A model generated the notes under the pieces. It was not told the DNA's origin and did no database searches. It was given only the letters and a program-made list of their open reading frames with translations. A stretch of 64,000 nucleotides of DNA, taken from positions 192,001 to 256,000 of the forward strand of contig JAVZPM010000001.1 in assembly GCA_038881595.1 (NCBI GenBank), read 5' to 3'. Within the stretch, counting starts at the first letter, position 1. The number at the start of each line of letters is the position of its first letter. This DNA comes from Candidatus Micrarchaeia archaeon (GTDB lineage: Archaea > Micrarchaeota > Micrarchaeia > CABMEP01). This document shows, piece after piece, positions 8,445 through 21,603 of the stretch. The position numbers and the translations under genes are program-made.

Positions 8445-9572
8445 ATGAAATTAGTTATTATTCATCCATTTGTAAATGATCTCGGCGGAGCAACTTATGT
8501 AGTTGGAAGAATAGCAAAGCATTTTGATGCCAAGATATATTGCATTGATTATGATTTAAAGAAAACATTCAGTTTTTTTAATGATGTAGAAATAGAGAGA
8601 CTTCCATCACCTTCTTTTCTTAAGGCATTACCTCCAAGACTTTATATGGGGGTTGCTAGCGGGATTTCATTTTATTTTTCAAAGATCAAAGATTATGATG
8701 TTATAAATGCGCATGGAACTCCAAGCGAATGGATAAGAAACAATAATCCAAGAGTGGTATGGTATTGCCATTCTCCAAATAGAGAGGCATTTGACCTTTA
8801 TGAGTGGAGAATGAAACAAAGATCACTTTTACAAAAAATTCCTTTCTGGCTTTCAATTGAGGCATTTAAATCAATAGAATATTCAATAGTTCCAAGAATC
8901 GAATATATTTTTGCAAACAGTAAAAACACACAGGGAAGAATAAAGAAATATCTAAATAGAGAAGCAGAGATTCTTTATCCTGTTTTTGAACAAGGAAGGT
9001 TTGAAAATGAAAGCTATAAGAGTTATTTCTTGTATCCTTCAAGAATAATTCCTGAAAAGAGATTTGAATTTGCAATTCAGGCATTTAAATTATTCAAGAA
9101 AAAGATGAAAGGAAAAAAGAGATGGAAATTAATTATTTCTGGATTTCTAAGCGATAGACCAGAACATAGGGCTTATTATAACTATTTATTAAGCTTAAAA
9201 GATGAAGACATAGAATTCAAATTAAACGTTTCAGATAAAGAACTGAAAGAACTATATGGAAATGCATATGCGATACTATTTTCACCAATCAATGAGGACT
9301 TTGGCATGATTCCTTTGGAAGGTTTTATGGCTGAGAAGCCATGCATAGCAGTCAATGAAGGAGGGCCAAGGGAAACAGTCGATGATGGAAAGGACGGATT
9401 TCTTGTTAATACTCCTGAAGAGATGGCAGATAAAATGCTTTATCTTGCAGAAAGACCTGAACTTGTAGAAAGAATGGGAAAAGAAGGGAAGAAAAAATTG
9501 TCAGGAAAGTTCAGTGAAAAAAGATTTTTTGAAAGATTAAATAACATATTCAAAGAAATAGCAAGAAAGTGA
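8445..9572 (+). CDS. Glycosyltransferase family 4
   Basis: EDFGMIPLE motif, PSRIIPEKR, N-terminal GG motif. Confidence 0.9.
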   Translation: MKLVIIHPFVNDLGGATYVVGRIAKHFDAKIYCIDYDLKKTFSFFNDVEIERLPSPSFLKALPPRLYMGVASGISFYFSKIKDYDVINAHGTPSEWIRNNNPRVVWYCHSPNREAFDLYEWRMKQRSLLQKIPFWLSIEAFKSIEYSIVPRIEYIFANSKNTQGRIKKYLNREAEILYPVFEQGRFENESYKSYFLYPSRIIPEKRFEFAIQAFKLFKKKMKGKKRWKLIISGFLSDRPEHRAYYNYLLSLKDEDIEFKLNVSDKELKELYGNAYAILFSPINEDFGMIPLEGFMAEKPCIAVNEGGPRETVDDGKDGFLVNTPEEMADKMLYLAERPELVERMGKEGKKKLSGKFSEKRFFERLNNIFKEIARK

Positions 9573-9576
9573 TTTT

Positions 9577-10722
9577 ATGGTTGAATATTCAAAAGAAGGA
9601 ATCAGGTTTGCCTTTCTTCCTCTATGGCTAAGATTTATTTTAAGAGATATGATTATTTATACAAACAGAATAAATCAATTATTTGCGAATCTGATAATAT
9701 GGCCTATAAAATTATTTGAAGCAAGAAAGCTAAAATCTGAAATAAAAGAGAAAAGAATTAGGAAAGTTCTTATAATAAGAAATGACAGAATAGGGGATGC
9801 TGTTTTGTCAATTAAAATTATAAATAAACTTAAAGAACATTTTAAAGACCTCTATGTTTTAGTTTCTTCTCAAAACTTTCAAATTCTAAAAGAAGAATTA
9901 AATTCAGAAATCAAACTAATAAAAGAAACTGAAATTCGAGAACATGAGCCATTTGATTTAGTGATTGATTTTAATGGTTCAATGGCAAATAATAAAATAA
10001 AGAGCAGATATAAAATTGGATTTAATAGAGGTATTTTTTCAATTTTTTATTCTAATTTTTATCCTAAAAATCTTACTGAATCGAAATTACAATATATCGA
10101 AGCAATGATGAAAATGATAAAATATTGTTTAGATCTGGATTTGAAAATAGATGATCTCCCACCAAAAGATTTCAAGAAGAAAAAGATGAACCAAATATTC
10201 ATTTTTGTAGGCAATAAGCCAAACAGAAATCTTCCATATGAAAAATGGAAAGAATTAATTCTTCTTTCAGCAAAAAAAGCAAAAACCATCGTAGCAGATG
10301 ATCCAGATCAAAGGATTATGAATCAACTTAAAAAAGACAAAGAAATAATTCAAAATAAAAATATACAACTTATTGTAGGTCCAAGAGAACTTAAAGATCT
10401 AGCTAAGATAGCAAATGATTCAAAACTTTTCATTGGATTAGATGGTGGTGCAGAGCATTACTTAGAAAAACATACAAATTCTTTGACGATTTACACTTGC
10501 GGTTTTCCGGTCAACTGGAAGCCCTTTTCATTAAATGCTTACGTGTCGATCGCTACAGACTCAAGTCAGATTTTAGAGGAGACTACCACCTCTGCAGGAA
10601 TTAAGAAGTATGTTCTTTACAATCTAGAAAAAAGGAAGCCCTGCTATGACCTGATTTGTGATCATGAAGAATTTAAGGATATAAAATTTGAATCCATAAT
10701 TAAAGCTAACTTATTTTTTTAA
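9577..10722 (+). CDS. Glycosyltransferase family 9 (heptosyltransferase-like)
   Basis: IRNDRIGDAVLS and FIGLDGGAEH motifs. Confidence 0.8.
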   Translation: MVEYSKEGIRFAFLPLWLRFILRDMIIYTNRINQLFANLIIWPIKLFEARKLKSEIKEKRIRKVLIIRNDRIGDAVLSIKIINKLKEHFKDLYVLVSSQNFQILKEELNSEIKLIKETEIREHEPFDLVIDFNGSMANNKIKSRYKIGFNRGIFSIFYSNFYPKNLTESKLQYIEAMMKMIKYCLDLDLKIDDLPPKDFKKKKMNQIFIFVGNKPNRNLPYEKWKELILLSAKKAKTIVADDPDQRIMNQLKKDKEIIQNKNIQLIVGPRELKDLAKIANDSKLFIGLDGGAEHYLEKHTNSLTIYTCGFPVNWKPFSLNAYVSIATDSSQILEETTTSAGIKKYVLYNLEKRKPCYDLICDHEEFKDIKFESIIKANLFF

Positions 10723-11835
10723 AATTTCTTCATAATAATCGAGCGTTTGTTTTGCGATTTTTTCCCAACTAAAATTTTTAGCTGTTTTTATTGAATTTAT
10801 ACCCATCTTTTTTATTTTCGTTTTATCGTGAATTAACTCAGTTAATAAATCTGCTATATTATCCGAATCTCTTTGAATTAAATAGCCATTATAATCATCT
10901 TTCATTAATTCATCAGATCCATTTACATTTGTCATTAAAATAGGCAATCCCGCAGCGGCAGCTTCTAACGTACTCCAATGAAAACGCTTCATATTCTGTA
11001 GGAAATACAAATATATCACTGGCTATTAAGTATTTTGGTATTTCAGATCCACTTATCCTACCTACAAATATAACTTTGGAATCAACACCTTTTCTTTTCG
11101 CGAAATTTATGTATTGTTTTGGATCATCGCCACCAATAACTAAAAATTTTATTCCGTTGTTCTTTATTTTTGATATCGCGTCTATTACGTATCTTACTCC
11201 TTTTCTACCGAATTCATTTGCTATATTAATTAATAGAATATCTGTAGATGAAACATTTAATTTCATTCTTATTTGTTCTCTTATTTCTTTTTTGTTTTTA
11301 AAAGCAAACTTTTCAATATCAACTCCATTAGGTATAACATTTATTCTTTCTTCAGGAATTCTATAATATTGGATAAGTTCGTTTTTTAATCCATTTGAGA
11401 CAGCTATAATGTTTTTATAAGTAGTATAAGCTCTTTTTTCATTTAAAAGAGTTATTCTATTTGCGGGATGTAAATTTTTTAAAAATGAGTAAAGTAAACC
11501 TCTTTCTTTACACAATCTATCTACCGCTGCAATATGGCAACTATGAGCAGTGCACACATTTCCATTAACTACCGCGCCCACTTGACTATGTATAATATCT
11601 AACTTGTACCTTTTGATTTGTTCTGCACTGGCAAATGGAAAAATTAATTCAAACAATTCCTTAGGTGATTTTATACAATCTATTTCATGTATATTACAAC
11701 TAAAATCAATATCATTTACAGTATTTGCAAATAAGTGAATTTCATTATTCTTAGAGAAGATTTTAGCTAAATTTAAAACATACCGTTCTATTCCACCAAG
11801 ATTATTTATTCTTCCATTTACAATGCTATCTTCAT
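10711..11835 (-). pseudogene. GT4 glycosyltransferase with two frameshifts
   Basis: ATG at 11835 reads MKIAL*, one base short of MKIAIVNGRINNLGGIER; an extra base near 10976 splits EAFSL/STLEAAAAG. Confidence 0.8.
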
Positions 11836-11843
11836 AAAATTAC

Positions 11844-12932
11844 CTATGATTTTATTCTTTTATATAAATCTGCTAATCTCTTTGCAATTTGAACACTATT
11901 ATTTTTTTCCTCAACCCTAACTCTTCCGGCTTTACCGAATTCTTCTCTTTTTTTTTCAGATTGTATAAGTTCTTCAATGGCATTTTCTAGAGATTTCAAA
12001 TCACCTGGAGGTACAAGAATACCTGTTTTTCCATTTTCTACTACTTCAGGTATAGCTCCACTCAATGTAGAAACAACAGGTACTCCAGATGCCATCGCCT
12101 CTAAAAATACATAACCGAGCTGTTCCTGCCATAATTTTGTCGGAATGCTAGGTACACAAAAGATGTCTGTAGTGGAGTATACCGTAGAAATTTTTTCGTG
12201 AGGAACTGTACCTAGCAGTTTTACTCTTTCTTTTATCCCTAATCTTTCTACTATTCTTTCAATATCCCATTTTAGTGGTCCAGTTCCAGCTATTTGTAAT
12301 GTAATATTAGGATGTTTTTTTGCTAATTTGCTAAAGACATATAAAAGATCAAGTATTCCTTTTTCATATACTAGCCTTCCAACAAATGAAATAGTTATCT
12401 TGTCTTTTTCTTTCTTATCATTTTTAATTATATTGAATTGTTTTGTATCAATTCCAAATGGTATTACAACAATTTTATCTGGATCAGCTCCATCGATTTC
12501 TAATGCATTTTTGGCGCTTTTAGATACAGCAATTAGGCACGTAGCATTTTTAAACACTTTTTGTTTTATTTTCCATCTATAATCATTTATTATCGAATAT
12601 TTTGTTTTCTCACCACCCAAAGGTACATTTTCCCACACAGTTACAACTAAAGGTTTGTTCAAACTTAAGCATTGTTTGGTTATATTATACCAACTTTCTA
12701 CTGTATGTATAATGTCTAAATCTTCAGTTACTTTTTTTAAATTTAAAAGGTATTCAGTACTTTGAGTTATTTTAATACTGTTAATTTTTCGATCTTCAAA
12801 ACATTTATCTATTTTATATTTTATATCATTTGTCGTTATTGCGATGGGTTTTATTCCATATCTATTTATATATTTATAAGTTTGCATTTCTAATTTAAGT
12901 GATCCAGATCCAACTACAAACCCAACTTTCAT
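11844..12932 (-). CDS. Glycosyltransferase family 4
   Basis: FVGRLVYEKG, EQLGYVFLEAMASG. Confidence 0.92.
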   Translation of the reverse strand: MKVGFVVGSGSLKLEMQTYKYINRYGIKPIAITTNDIKYKIDKCFEDRKINSIKITQSTEYLLNLKKVTEDLDIIHTVESWYNITKQCLSLNKPLVVTVWENVPLGGEKTKYSIINDYRWKIKQKVFKNATCLIAVSKSAKNALEIDGADPDKIVVIPFGIDTKQFNIIKNDKKEKDKITISFVGRLVYEKGILDLLYVFSKLAKKHPNITLQIAGTGPLKWDIERIVERLGIKERVKLLGTVPHEKISTVYSTTDIFCVPSIPTKLWQEQLGYVFLEAMASGVPVVSTLSGAIPEVVENGKTGILVPPGDLKSLENAIEELIQSEKKREEFGKAGRVRVEEKNNSVQIAKRLADLYKRIKS

Positions 12933-12951
12933 TATATCACTTAAAGATATT

Positions 12952-13851
12952 TTATATAAATACCAAATTATCACTATCTGTTTTTATAATTTTTTTAATT
13001 TTATTATAAGATATTTTCTTTTTTTCTCCGTTTTTATCGATTATATATGGGACATAACCTATTCTTAATAAACTATTAATCGCTTGTTTAGAATACTTCC
13101 ACCGCTCATTTCCACACACTTCCATTATTATTATAGGCTTATATTTTTTTAGAGTTTTTAACCCCCCTATAATAAATAATTTTTCTGAATCTTCTATGTC
13201 CAACTTTATTATAGTTGGAGGTGTATGTTCTTTTACATATTCATCTAAAGTAATCATATTTATTTTCTCGAATTTTTCTAATTTATCTAATTTTGCCCTA
13301 CCTTTAATTATAGTTGACCCACCTGTATTTATAGTATTTATAAATAATTTAACTTTACCTTTTCTATTTCCAAGTGCAAAATTATTCAAGAAAATTTTTT
13401 GTCGTTTAAAATTTATTTTTAAATATTTAAATATATGTCTTTGTGGTTCAAAAACATGAATTTCACTTTCTGGAAGTAAAAATGTCATTAATGCAGTATA
13501 TATTCCGTAATTTGCACCTACATCATAAAAAATATCATTTTCTTTTACATTTTTAATTAAAAATTTTACTATTTTTAAGTCGTCCCCTAGATAAGGAGTT
13601 AAAGATAAGGTAAGTGCAATGGGGTCTGAAGTTGGTAATTTAAGTTTCAAACCAAAAAAAAGTTTAGTTTCTATTTCTCTTTTAATGGGAAATCCCTTTT
13701 TTGCAAGGATGTAATATATATATCTCATTCTAAATATGAGTAACCTTGACATTTGTTTTAAAATTCCAGTTCCATAATATCTTTTATTTTTATTTTCATA
13801 TTTCATCAGTTTATTCCATGCGATTTCTTTTCTTTTTGTTAGATCAACCAT
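12952..13851 (-). CDS. FkbM family methyltransferase
   Basis: YDVGANYG, FEP, IKLDIE motifs. Confidence 0.9.
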   Translation of the reverse strand: MVDLTKRKEIAWNKLMKYENKNKRYYGTGILKQMSRLLIFRMRYIYYILAKKGFPIKREIETKLFFGLKLKLPTSDPIALTLSLTPYLGDDLKIVKFLIKNVKENDIFYDVGANYGIYTALMTFLLPESEIHVFEPQRHIFKYLKINFKRQKIFLNNFALGNRKGKVKLFINTINTGGSTIIKGRAKLDKLEKFEKINMITLDEYVKEHTPPTIIKLDIEDSEKLFIIGGLKTLKKYKPIIIMEVCGNERWKYSKQAINSLLRIGYVPYIIDKNGEKKKISYNKIKKIIKTDSDNLVFI

Positions 13852-13864
13852 ATTCTCACTTTAT

Positions 13865-14911
13865 TTATTTAAAAAGTAAGTAGAAAATTTCATAAGGAGT
13901 TATATGTTTCATACATATATTATTATAACATTTTTTATATTTTTCATTTTTATAACATGGGCTACATTTCATTTTATTTTGTATAACTAGGTGTTTTTTT
14001 ATCGGTTGAGGTCCAAACTGTTTCGGATCAGTCGGTCCAAACAATGCGATTACCTTTGTAAATGCAGCACCGATGTGCATTGGGCCAGTATCTGTCGTAA
14101 CTAAATAGTCTAATTGTTTCATTAAGGCCATTGTTTCCTTAATTGTGAATTTACCACATACATTTATTGTATTTTTTGTCATCTTTCTTACTCCTTCACT
14201 TATTTCCCAATCGTTTTTGTCTCCGATAAGCAATATCTTAGTTTTCGGCTCCTTTTGATATATCTCATTTGCCAACTTAATCCAATTTGCAATAGGCCAA
14301 CGGCGATTTAAATGAAACCGTGAGTCACTCCCTCCACCAACTACAAATCCTACAATTTTATCTCCACTTCTGATGTTTTTTTCTCTAAGTTTTACATTTA
14401 TTATGTTTTCAAGTTCTTTTGGAAAGAATAACTCATATCTTATAACTCTAGGTTTCAATTTAACTCCAACTAATCTCATTAATTCAATGTATTTTTCAGA
14501 ATCATGTTTGTTTTTTATCTCTGAATAATGCAATACTTTAGTGTTAAGATAACCACCATTTAGATCAAACCCAATTCTTTCTTTTATTCCAGTTAAAAAA
14601 GCGAATAAATTCATTTTAAATGAAGTATGACAGTTTATAATTAGATCAAAATTTTCTTTTCGTATTTTCTTTAACAAATTCATAATCTTTATGTAATTTC
14701 TTTGCCCTTTTTTGAAATTTTCTGCAATAATAAATTTGTCAATATATGGATTATCTTCTATCACATCTTTGTATTCCTTTGCAACTAAAAGTGATATTTC
14801 GGCATTCGGATATGCTTTTCTAAGCAAGCTAATTGCTGGCGTTAACATAACTAAATCTCCGATTGCACCAAGCTTTAATATCAAAATTTTCTTGTACTTC
14901 ATATTTTTCAC
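13865..14911 (-). CDS. Glycosyltransferase family 9 (WaaF-like heptosyltransferase family)
   Basis: LGAIGDLV, RRWP, DTGPMH, LFGPT, CSPC motifs. Confidence 0.9.
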   Translation of the reverse strand: MKNMKYKKILILKLGAIGDLVMLTPAISLLRKAYPNAEISLLVAKEYKDVIEDNPYIDKFIIAENFKKGQRNYIKIMNLLKKIRKENFDLIINCHTSFKMNLFAFLTGIKERIGFDLNGGYLNTKVLHYSEIKNKHDSEKYIELMRLVGVKLKPRVIRYELFFPKELENIINVKLREKNIRSGDKIVGFVVGGGSDSRFHLNRRWPIANWIKLANEIYQKEPKTKILLIGDKNDWEISEGVRKMTKNTINVCGKFTIKETMALMKQLDYLVTTDTGPMHIGAAFTKVIALFGPTDPKQFGPQPIKKHLVIQNKMKCSPCYKNEKYKKCYNNICMKHITPYEIFYLLFK

Positions 14912-14972
14912 ATTTAATTAATATGTCTGTCAAATTTAAAAAATATTATTTATTTTAAAAACTTGGTAAATA

Positions 14973-17615
14973 TTAATCAATCTTAAATATTCTAACATAT
15001 TCATCTGGCTTGTTGGAGTAGCGGTTAGGATATACTTGTGTCATGCCTGGGATGTTGCCTTCAAAGAATCCCTTGTAGAATATTGAATCGTAAAATCTTC
15101 CTTTTCTGTCTGGGTTTGTTGAGCTGTATATTGCAATTGCCCTTATAAATCTTCCATCATCTGTGGTGCCTAATGAAACAATGTTTTCTATTCCTGCTTT
15201 TGTTTTGTTTTCATAATAAAACGGTAAGCTTCCATCTGCCATGCAATAATAATTAAATCCGAGCGCCTCGCCATGTGTTGAAAATACTTTTATTGCTCTT
15301 TGTCCTGTTTCAGTCTTCATATTGCAGTAACTTGCTGAAGCCTGGCTTGTTGGAATATATATGTATTCAGGAGCAGCTAATAAGTCACAAAGGCTTTCTC
15401 CTGGCTGCTTATTTACCGTTGTTTCATTATTATAGTTGCAGTAGTGATAAACCAATGCTCCCCATTTTCCTATCAAATCCTGATCAAGAAGCAGGTATTT
15501 GGCTTTATGTTCCTTCATATATTGAATTAATTTTTGTGTACTATTTCCAACTATCTTATCTGCTACTTCCTGATGCATGATGGTATATGAATGCGTATTT
15601 CCAGTAACAGATTTGCTTTGTCCTATTGTATTTATCCAATGTCCGTAATCCCACCAGGACATTACTCTGTCATCTGTTCCTTGGACATTGTCTCTTATCC
15701 ATAATATTGCATCCAGCCATGAATCAGGAATTCTGCTGCAATAAACTCTATAACTGTTTATTCTTGTATCTGTTAAGAACTGATTTATCATATCTTTAGA
15801 GTTTGATACTGAGTTTATGTCTCTTGCGATAACATTGCAAACATTTTCATAATATTTTGTATTGTCAACTACATCTACAAAACTTAATGACAAAGATCTT
15901 ATTATAGTATCAGAAAACATTAGAACTTGATAAATAGCTAGCAAAGCAATTATAATAAACAATGCATCTTTAACATATTTTGTCTTTATTTTTAATATCT
16001 CGCCAGCAAAGAATCCAAATAAAATAGGTGTAGCCAATCCCATAAATACAACATATTTTGCTTTAATTAATCCTGCTAGTGCAAAAGGAGCGGTTGCAAG
16101 TATTGCAATAATAATCAAACTTTCTTCAAAAATTTCAGGTTTGTTTAGTATTTTTTCTCCTAACTTTATAAGCAAAGTAACTAATGAGATTATGATTATG
16201 AAAGGTGTCAAGCTAATTGCAACATTTATTCCTAAAACACCTAAAGATCCAGAGAAATCGGAAGGAGCAGCAGTTTGTTCTGCGATTGTCTTCATTGTTA
16301 CATCTGGATTTGTTGCTACATATCCTATCATTCCCAATACAGAATTTATCATTGCATTTAATGGAGTCAAGATAAGAAGAACTAGACCGATTATAATAAG
16401 GGAAGATAAATAAAGAAGCTTATCAGCTTCATTCTTTGTAAATTTAAGCAATTCATTAAAAGCAAATAACAGGATGATGGGAAGTAAAGAAATTCCAACT
16501 GGAATCCATGGAAGATAATTCAGAGGAAGATAGTATGCGAGAAGTAGTAAAAATGTAAACACTGTAATTCCTGCTATTATTATTCCTAATTTCAATGTTT
16601 CTTTCATTTCTTCTGTCTTATTTCTTAAATATCCCATTAATCCAATATATCCTAACGTTCCTGCAAATATTAATGGAGTTATTAAAGAGGAATTAGAACC
16701 AAATGCGGTTATTCCTAATAGGAATCCAGTTGCAATTGCAATTTCCTTTGATTTGTATTTCAGTGTAAGTGCCAGCATCGATGCAAATGCAACAATTCCA
16801 AACATTCCGAAAGGAGTAAATTCAAATGATCCAGCACCTGTTTTCTGAAGAAATACAGGTGTGAATGCAAGAATGGCTGCAATAGCCAATGCCAACTTTT
16901 GATTATATTCTCTGCTTAACCACAAATAAGCAAAGAAAACAGTAAGCATTGCAATAATTGGAGGATATAATCCAGTTGTCATTGTGAAGAGCTCAAAATT
17001 AAATTGAGGGTGGTTGTTAAAGATCGTGAATAAATTATACCATCCTGCCTCCATGTATGGAATGAATGGAAAAGTTCTATGACTGTCAGGATTAGGATAC
17101 CATGCATAGTCATCAGTTGGTGGGATGCTGCCATGTTGAATTATGAATTGAGCAGCCATGTTATACCAATAAGGATCAAAGTCATAATAATAAGGAGTAA
17201 GGCTTTGAATTCTTATCCAAAAAGAAAGAAAGAGAATAATAAGAAGAAGAGCTGGATAAACATATCTTTTCTCTTTTTTCTCTGCTGAACCTGTTGTTTC
17301 TGTTTCTTCTTTTTCAGGAAGTATGCTTATATTCTCTTTATAGAGATAAGCAAAAGGAACAAGTGTAATTATTGCTAGATTGATAAGAGTGATAAGAGGT
17401 GAATATTGGATTCCTATTGTGAATTCTATTAAAGAAAGGAATGATGGAACAAACATTCCAAAAGGAATTCCAAGGAAGAACATTTCAAGATAAGAGAATT
17501 TTCTTGTTTTTTTGAAAAGTGCAAGAGAAATCAAATACCCCGGTATGATAATTGAGAGGAATATTGGCATAGATCTTAAAATCATTTCTGCAATTGTCAT
17601 GCTTATTGTTTCCAT
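14973..17615 (-). CDS. aglB: Oligosaccharyltransferase AglB (STT3 family)
   Basis: DFDPY, TIAE and WWDYG motifs; multiple TM helices. Confidence 0.92.
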   Translation of the reverse strand: METISMTIAEMILRSMPIFLSIIIPGYLISLALFKKTRKFSYLEMFFLGIPFGMFVPSFLSLIEFTIGIQYSPLITLINLAIITLVPFAYLYKENISILPEKEETETTGSAEKKEKRYVYPALLLIILFLSFWIRIQSLTPYYYDFDPYWYNMAAQFIIQHGSIPPTDDYAWYPNPDSHRTFPFIPYMEAGWYNLFTIFNNHPQFNFELFTMTTGLYPPIIAMLTVFFAYLWLSREYNQKLALAIAAILAFTPVFLQKTGAGSFEFTPFGMFGIVAFASMLALTLKYKSKEIAIATGFLLGITAFGSNSSLITPLIFAGTLGYIGLMGYLRNKTEEMKETLKLGIIIAGITVFTFLLLLAYYLPLNYLPWIPVGISLLPIILLFAFNELLKFTKNEADKLLYLSSLIIIGLVLLILTPLNAMINSVLGMIGYVATNPDVTMKTIAEQTAAPSDFSGSLGVLGINVAISLTPFIIIISLVTLLIKLGEKILNKPEIFEESLIIIAILATAPFALAGLIKAKYVVFMGLATPILFGFFAGEILKIKTKYVKDALFIIIALLAIYQVLMFSDTIIRSLSLSFVDVVDNTKYYENVCNVIARDINSVSNSKDMINQFLTDTRINSYRVYCSRIPDSWLDAILWIRDNVQGTDDRVMSWWDYGHWINTIGQSKSVTGNTHSYTIMHQEVADKIVGNSTQKLIQYMKEHKAKYLLLDQDLIGKWGALVYHYCNYNNETTVNKQPGESLCDLLAAPEYIYIPTSQASASYCNMKTETGQRAIKVFSTHGEALGFNYYCMADGSLPFYYENKTKAGIENIVSLGTTDDGRFIRAIAIYSSTNPDRKGRFYDSIFYKGFFEGNIPGMTQVYPNRYSNKPDEYVRIFKID

Positions 17616-17632
17616 GCATTCACCTTTTTATT

Positions 17633-18238
17633 TTAGAAAGCTAATGAAGCAATACTTGTATAGCTTAAGAGCATAAATATAGATATTAAAAATGCAGCAA
17701 TCCATATCTTGAAATCCCAGTTCATTACCTTTGCTCCATCCAATATAAAAATAGGAAGAAGATTAAATGTCGCAAGCAATGCATTTATCTGCATTCCTAT
17801 TACAGAAATAAGAAATACTGGTTCACTAAGTTTGAACTGGAATATTCCACTTAAGATTAAAATTGCTGCGAATATTAAATATAGTATCATATTCATTACA
17901 GGACCTGCAAGAGACACTATCCCATTCTCCACCCTTCCCATTCTTTTGAATATATAAACCGCTCCAGGAGCTGCAAATATGAATCCAAAAGGAGCAAGAA
18001 GAAACATGAAAAGAAGTCCCTGAGGCCACATTACAAACCTTGAAGGCGATCCAAATTTCTCTGCTGCATACTTATGTCCCATTTCATGCGTCATAAATCC
18101 TATTCCTACTGTAAAGCCAATTATCAGAAGCTTATATATAAATCCAGGTTGGAAAAATACTCCTATTCCCCAGACTGCTATTGTAAACGCAACCATTATT
18201 GCAAGCATCGAGATAATCATCTCTTCTATTTCATTCAT
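17633..18238 (-). CDS. Site-2 (M50) membrane metalloprotease
   Basis: HEMGH, AGP..N, FNLLP..LDG. Confidence 0.9.
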   Translation of the reverse strand: MNEIEEMIISMLAIMVAFTIAVWGIGVFFQPGFIYKLLIIGFTVGIGFMTHEMGHKYAAEKFGSPSRFVMWPQGLLFMFLLAPFGFIFAAPGAVYIFKRMGRVENGIVSLAGPVMNMILYLIFAAILILSGIFQFKLSEPVFLISVIGMQINALLATFNLLPIFILDGAKVMNWDFKIWIAAFLISIFMLLSYTSIASLAF

Positions 18239-18314
18239 CTAATCACTTTTTGCTTTTATTTAACGCTGTCAGCTTTTTATTTAATATTTTCAAATTTCAT
18301 TTATTTATTTCATT

Positions 18315-18722
18315 TTATTTTAATTTGGTTAATTGTATCTCTGCAGTGTGTTGTTCTAGAAGTTCAACCTCTGCATGAGAAAGAATTCCTTGGTATCTTA
18401 CAACCTTTCCTATTCCGAAAGAGCCATCCATAAGCTTTAATTCAATATATCCATTCAGTCTTCCATTGCTCATAGCAATTGCATTTGGGAATGTAAAGAA
18501 AAATGTTATAGGCTCTCCTCTTACAACAATCGGATCTCCTTTTCTTACTCCTCTTATATGCGGCCATGCAATTGCATACACTATCAATATTCCCCAGTTA
18601 AGTGCAAAGAGTTTAAGCAGATATCCTAAACTTGCCTCTGGAGTGAGTGCATATATGATTAAAGATAAGGCTGTCAATGCAAGAAGCAGTTTCCATAATG
18701 TATTTATCAGCATTTTTTTCAC
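18315..18722 (-). CDS. Hypothetical membrane protein
   Basis: Two TM helices plus a small beta domain; co-oriented with cdc48. Confidence 0.65.
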   Translation of the reverse strand: MKKMLINTLWKLLLALTALSLIIYALTPEASLGYLLKLFALNWGILIVYAIAWPHIRGVRKGDPIVVRGEPITFFFTFPNAIAMSNGRLNGYIELKLMDGSFGIGKVVRYQGILSHAEVELLEQHTAEIQLTKLK

Positions 18723-18731
18723 CTTTTCATA

Positions 18732-20882
<2,151 letters not shown>

Positions 20883-20977
20883 TATTACCACCACAACATG
20901 AATATTAACAAGAGAATAAGTTCTCCTAATTAATATTGTTTCTAATAATTTAAGAATTTTACCTATCTCACTTAAAG

Positions 20978-21050
20978 CGAGCCCGAGGGGATTCGAACCC
21001 CCAACCTCTTGGTCCGAAGCCAAGCGCTCTATCCGTTGAGCTACGGGCCC
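20978..21050 (-). tRNA. tRNA-Arg(TCG), no intron
   Basis: Cloverleaf with CTTGG-CT-TCG-GA-CCAAG. Confidence 0.95.
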
Positions 21051-21416
21051 AATAATTACTTCTAGTTATTATCTGTTAATATTATTTATAAATATGCATG
21101 CAGTTGACATTCTAATTTTTAGTATTCTATTCTTAACTTTCTTGTAAATGGCATAGGTTTATTTATGAATGGAATATGAATAGAATTTTAGATCTGATTT
21201 ATATAAATCAATATATAGAAATTTTTCAAGAAGTTAGATGTTGAGAATATATTACAATGTAATGGAACTAAATATCAAAATTAAAACTGAAATTCTCGCT
21301 TATCCAATGCAAATCAATTTATTTAATATTTTGAAAGAAGTGGTCTATAAAATGGAAAAACAATAAGTTCAAATAAAAAGAATATTTTACTTGCAAATAT
21401 ATTTTTGTAAAAAAAG

Positions 21417-21523
21417 TAGCGGGGGATGGATTTGAACCATCGGTCTCTGGGTTATGAGCTTCGCCTTCTGCAAGCATTACACTTGCAAAATCCAGCGGGT
21501 ACTCCAGGCTACCCTACCCCGCT
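21417..21523 (-). tRNA. Initiator tRNA-Met(CAT) with 32-nt intron at 30/31 (21460-21491)
   Basis: A1-U72 AGCGGGG acceptor stem; CTGG^G-CT-CAT-AA-CCCAG restored after removal; BHB helix CGCT/GGCG. Confidence 0.9.
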
Positions 21524-21603
21524 TCTCTCTAATAAATTAAAAAAGTTTATTATAATATATAGAATAAAAGAATTTAAATATCTTTTATTGTTTCATTAAT
21601 TTA

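Noticed and set aside
10711..11835. Programmed frameshifting or BHB mRNA introns explaining the GT4 (and galE) breaks
   Set aside because: Lesions are single-base indels with no slippery run or inserted hairpin.
20883..21023. 47-aa N-terminal extension of CDC48 in the ORF track
   Set aside because: It overlaps tRNA-Arg; an SD-preceded ATG at 20882 gives a normal-length protein.
21051..21416. AT-rich gap between tRNA-Arg and initiator tRNA, considered as an integrated element or gene remnant
   Set aside because: Only very short ORFs; no att-like tRNA repeat or integrase seen.
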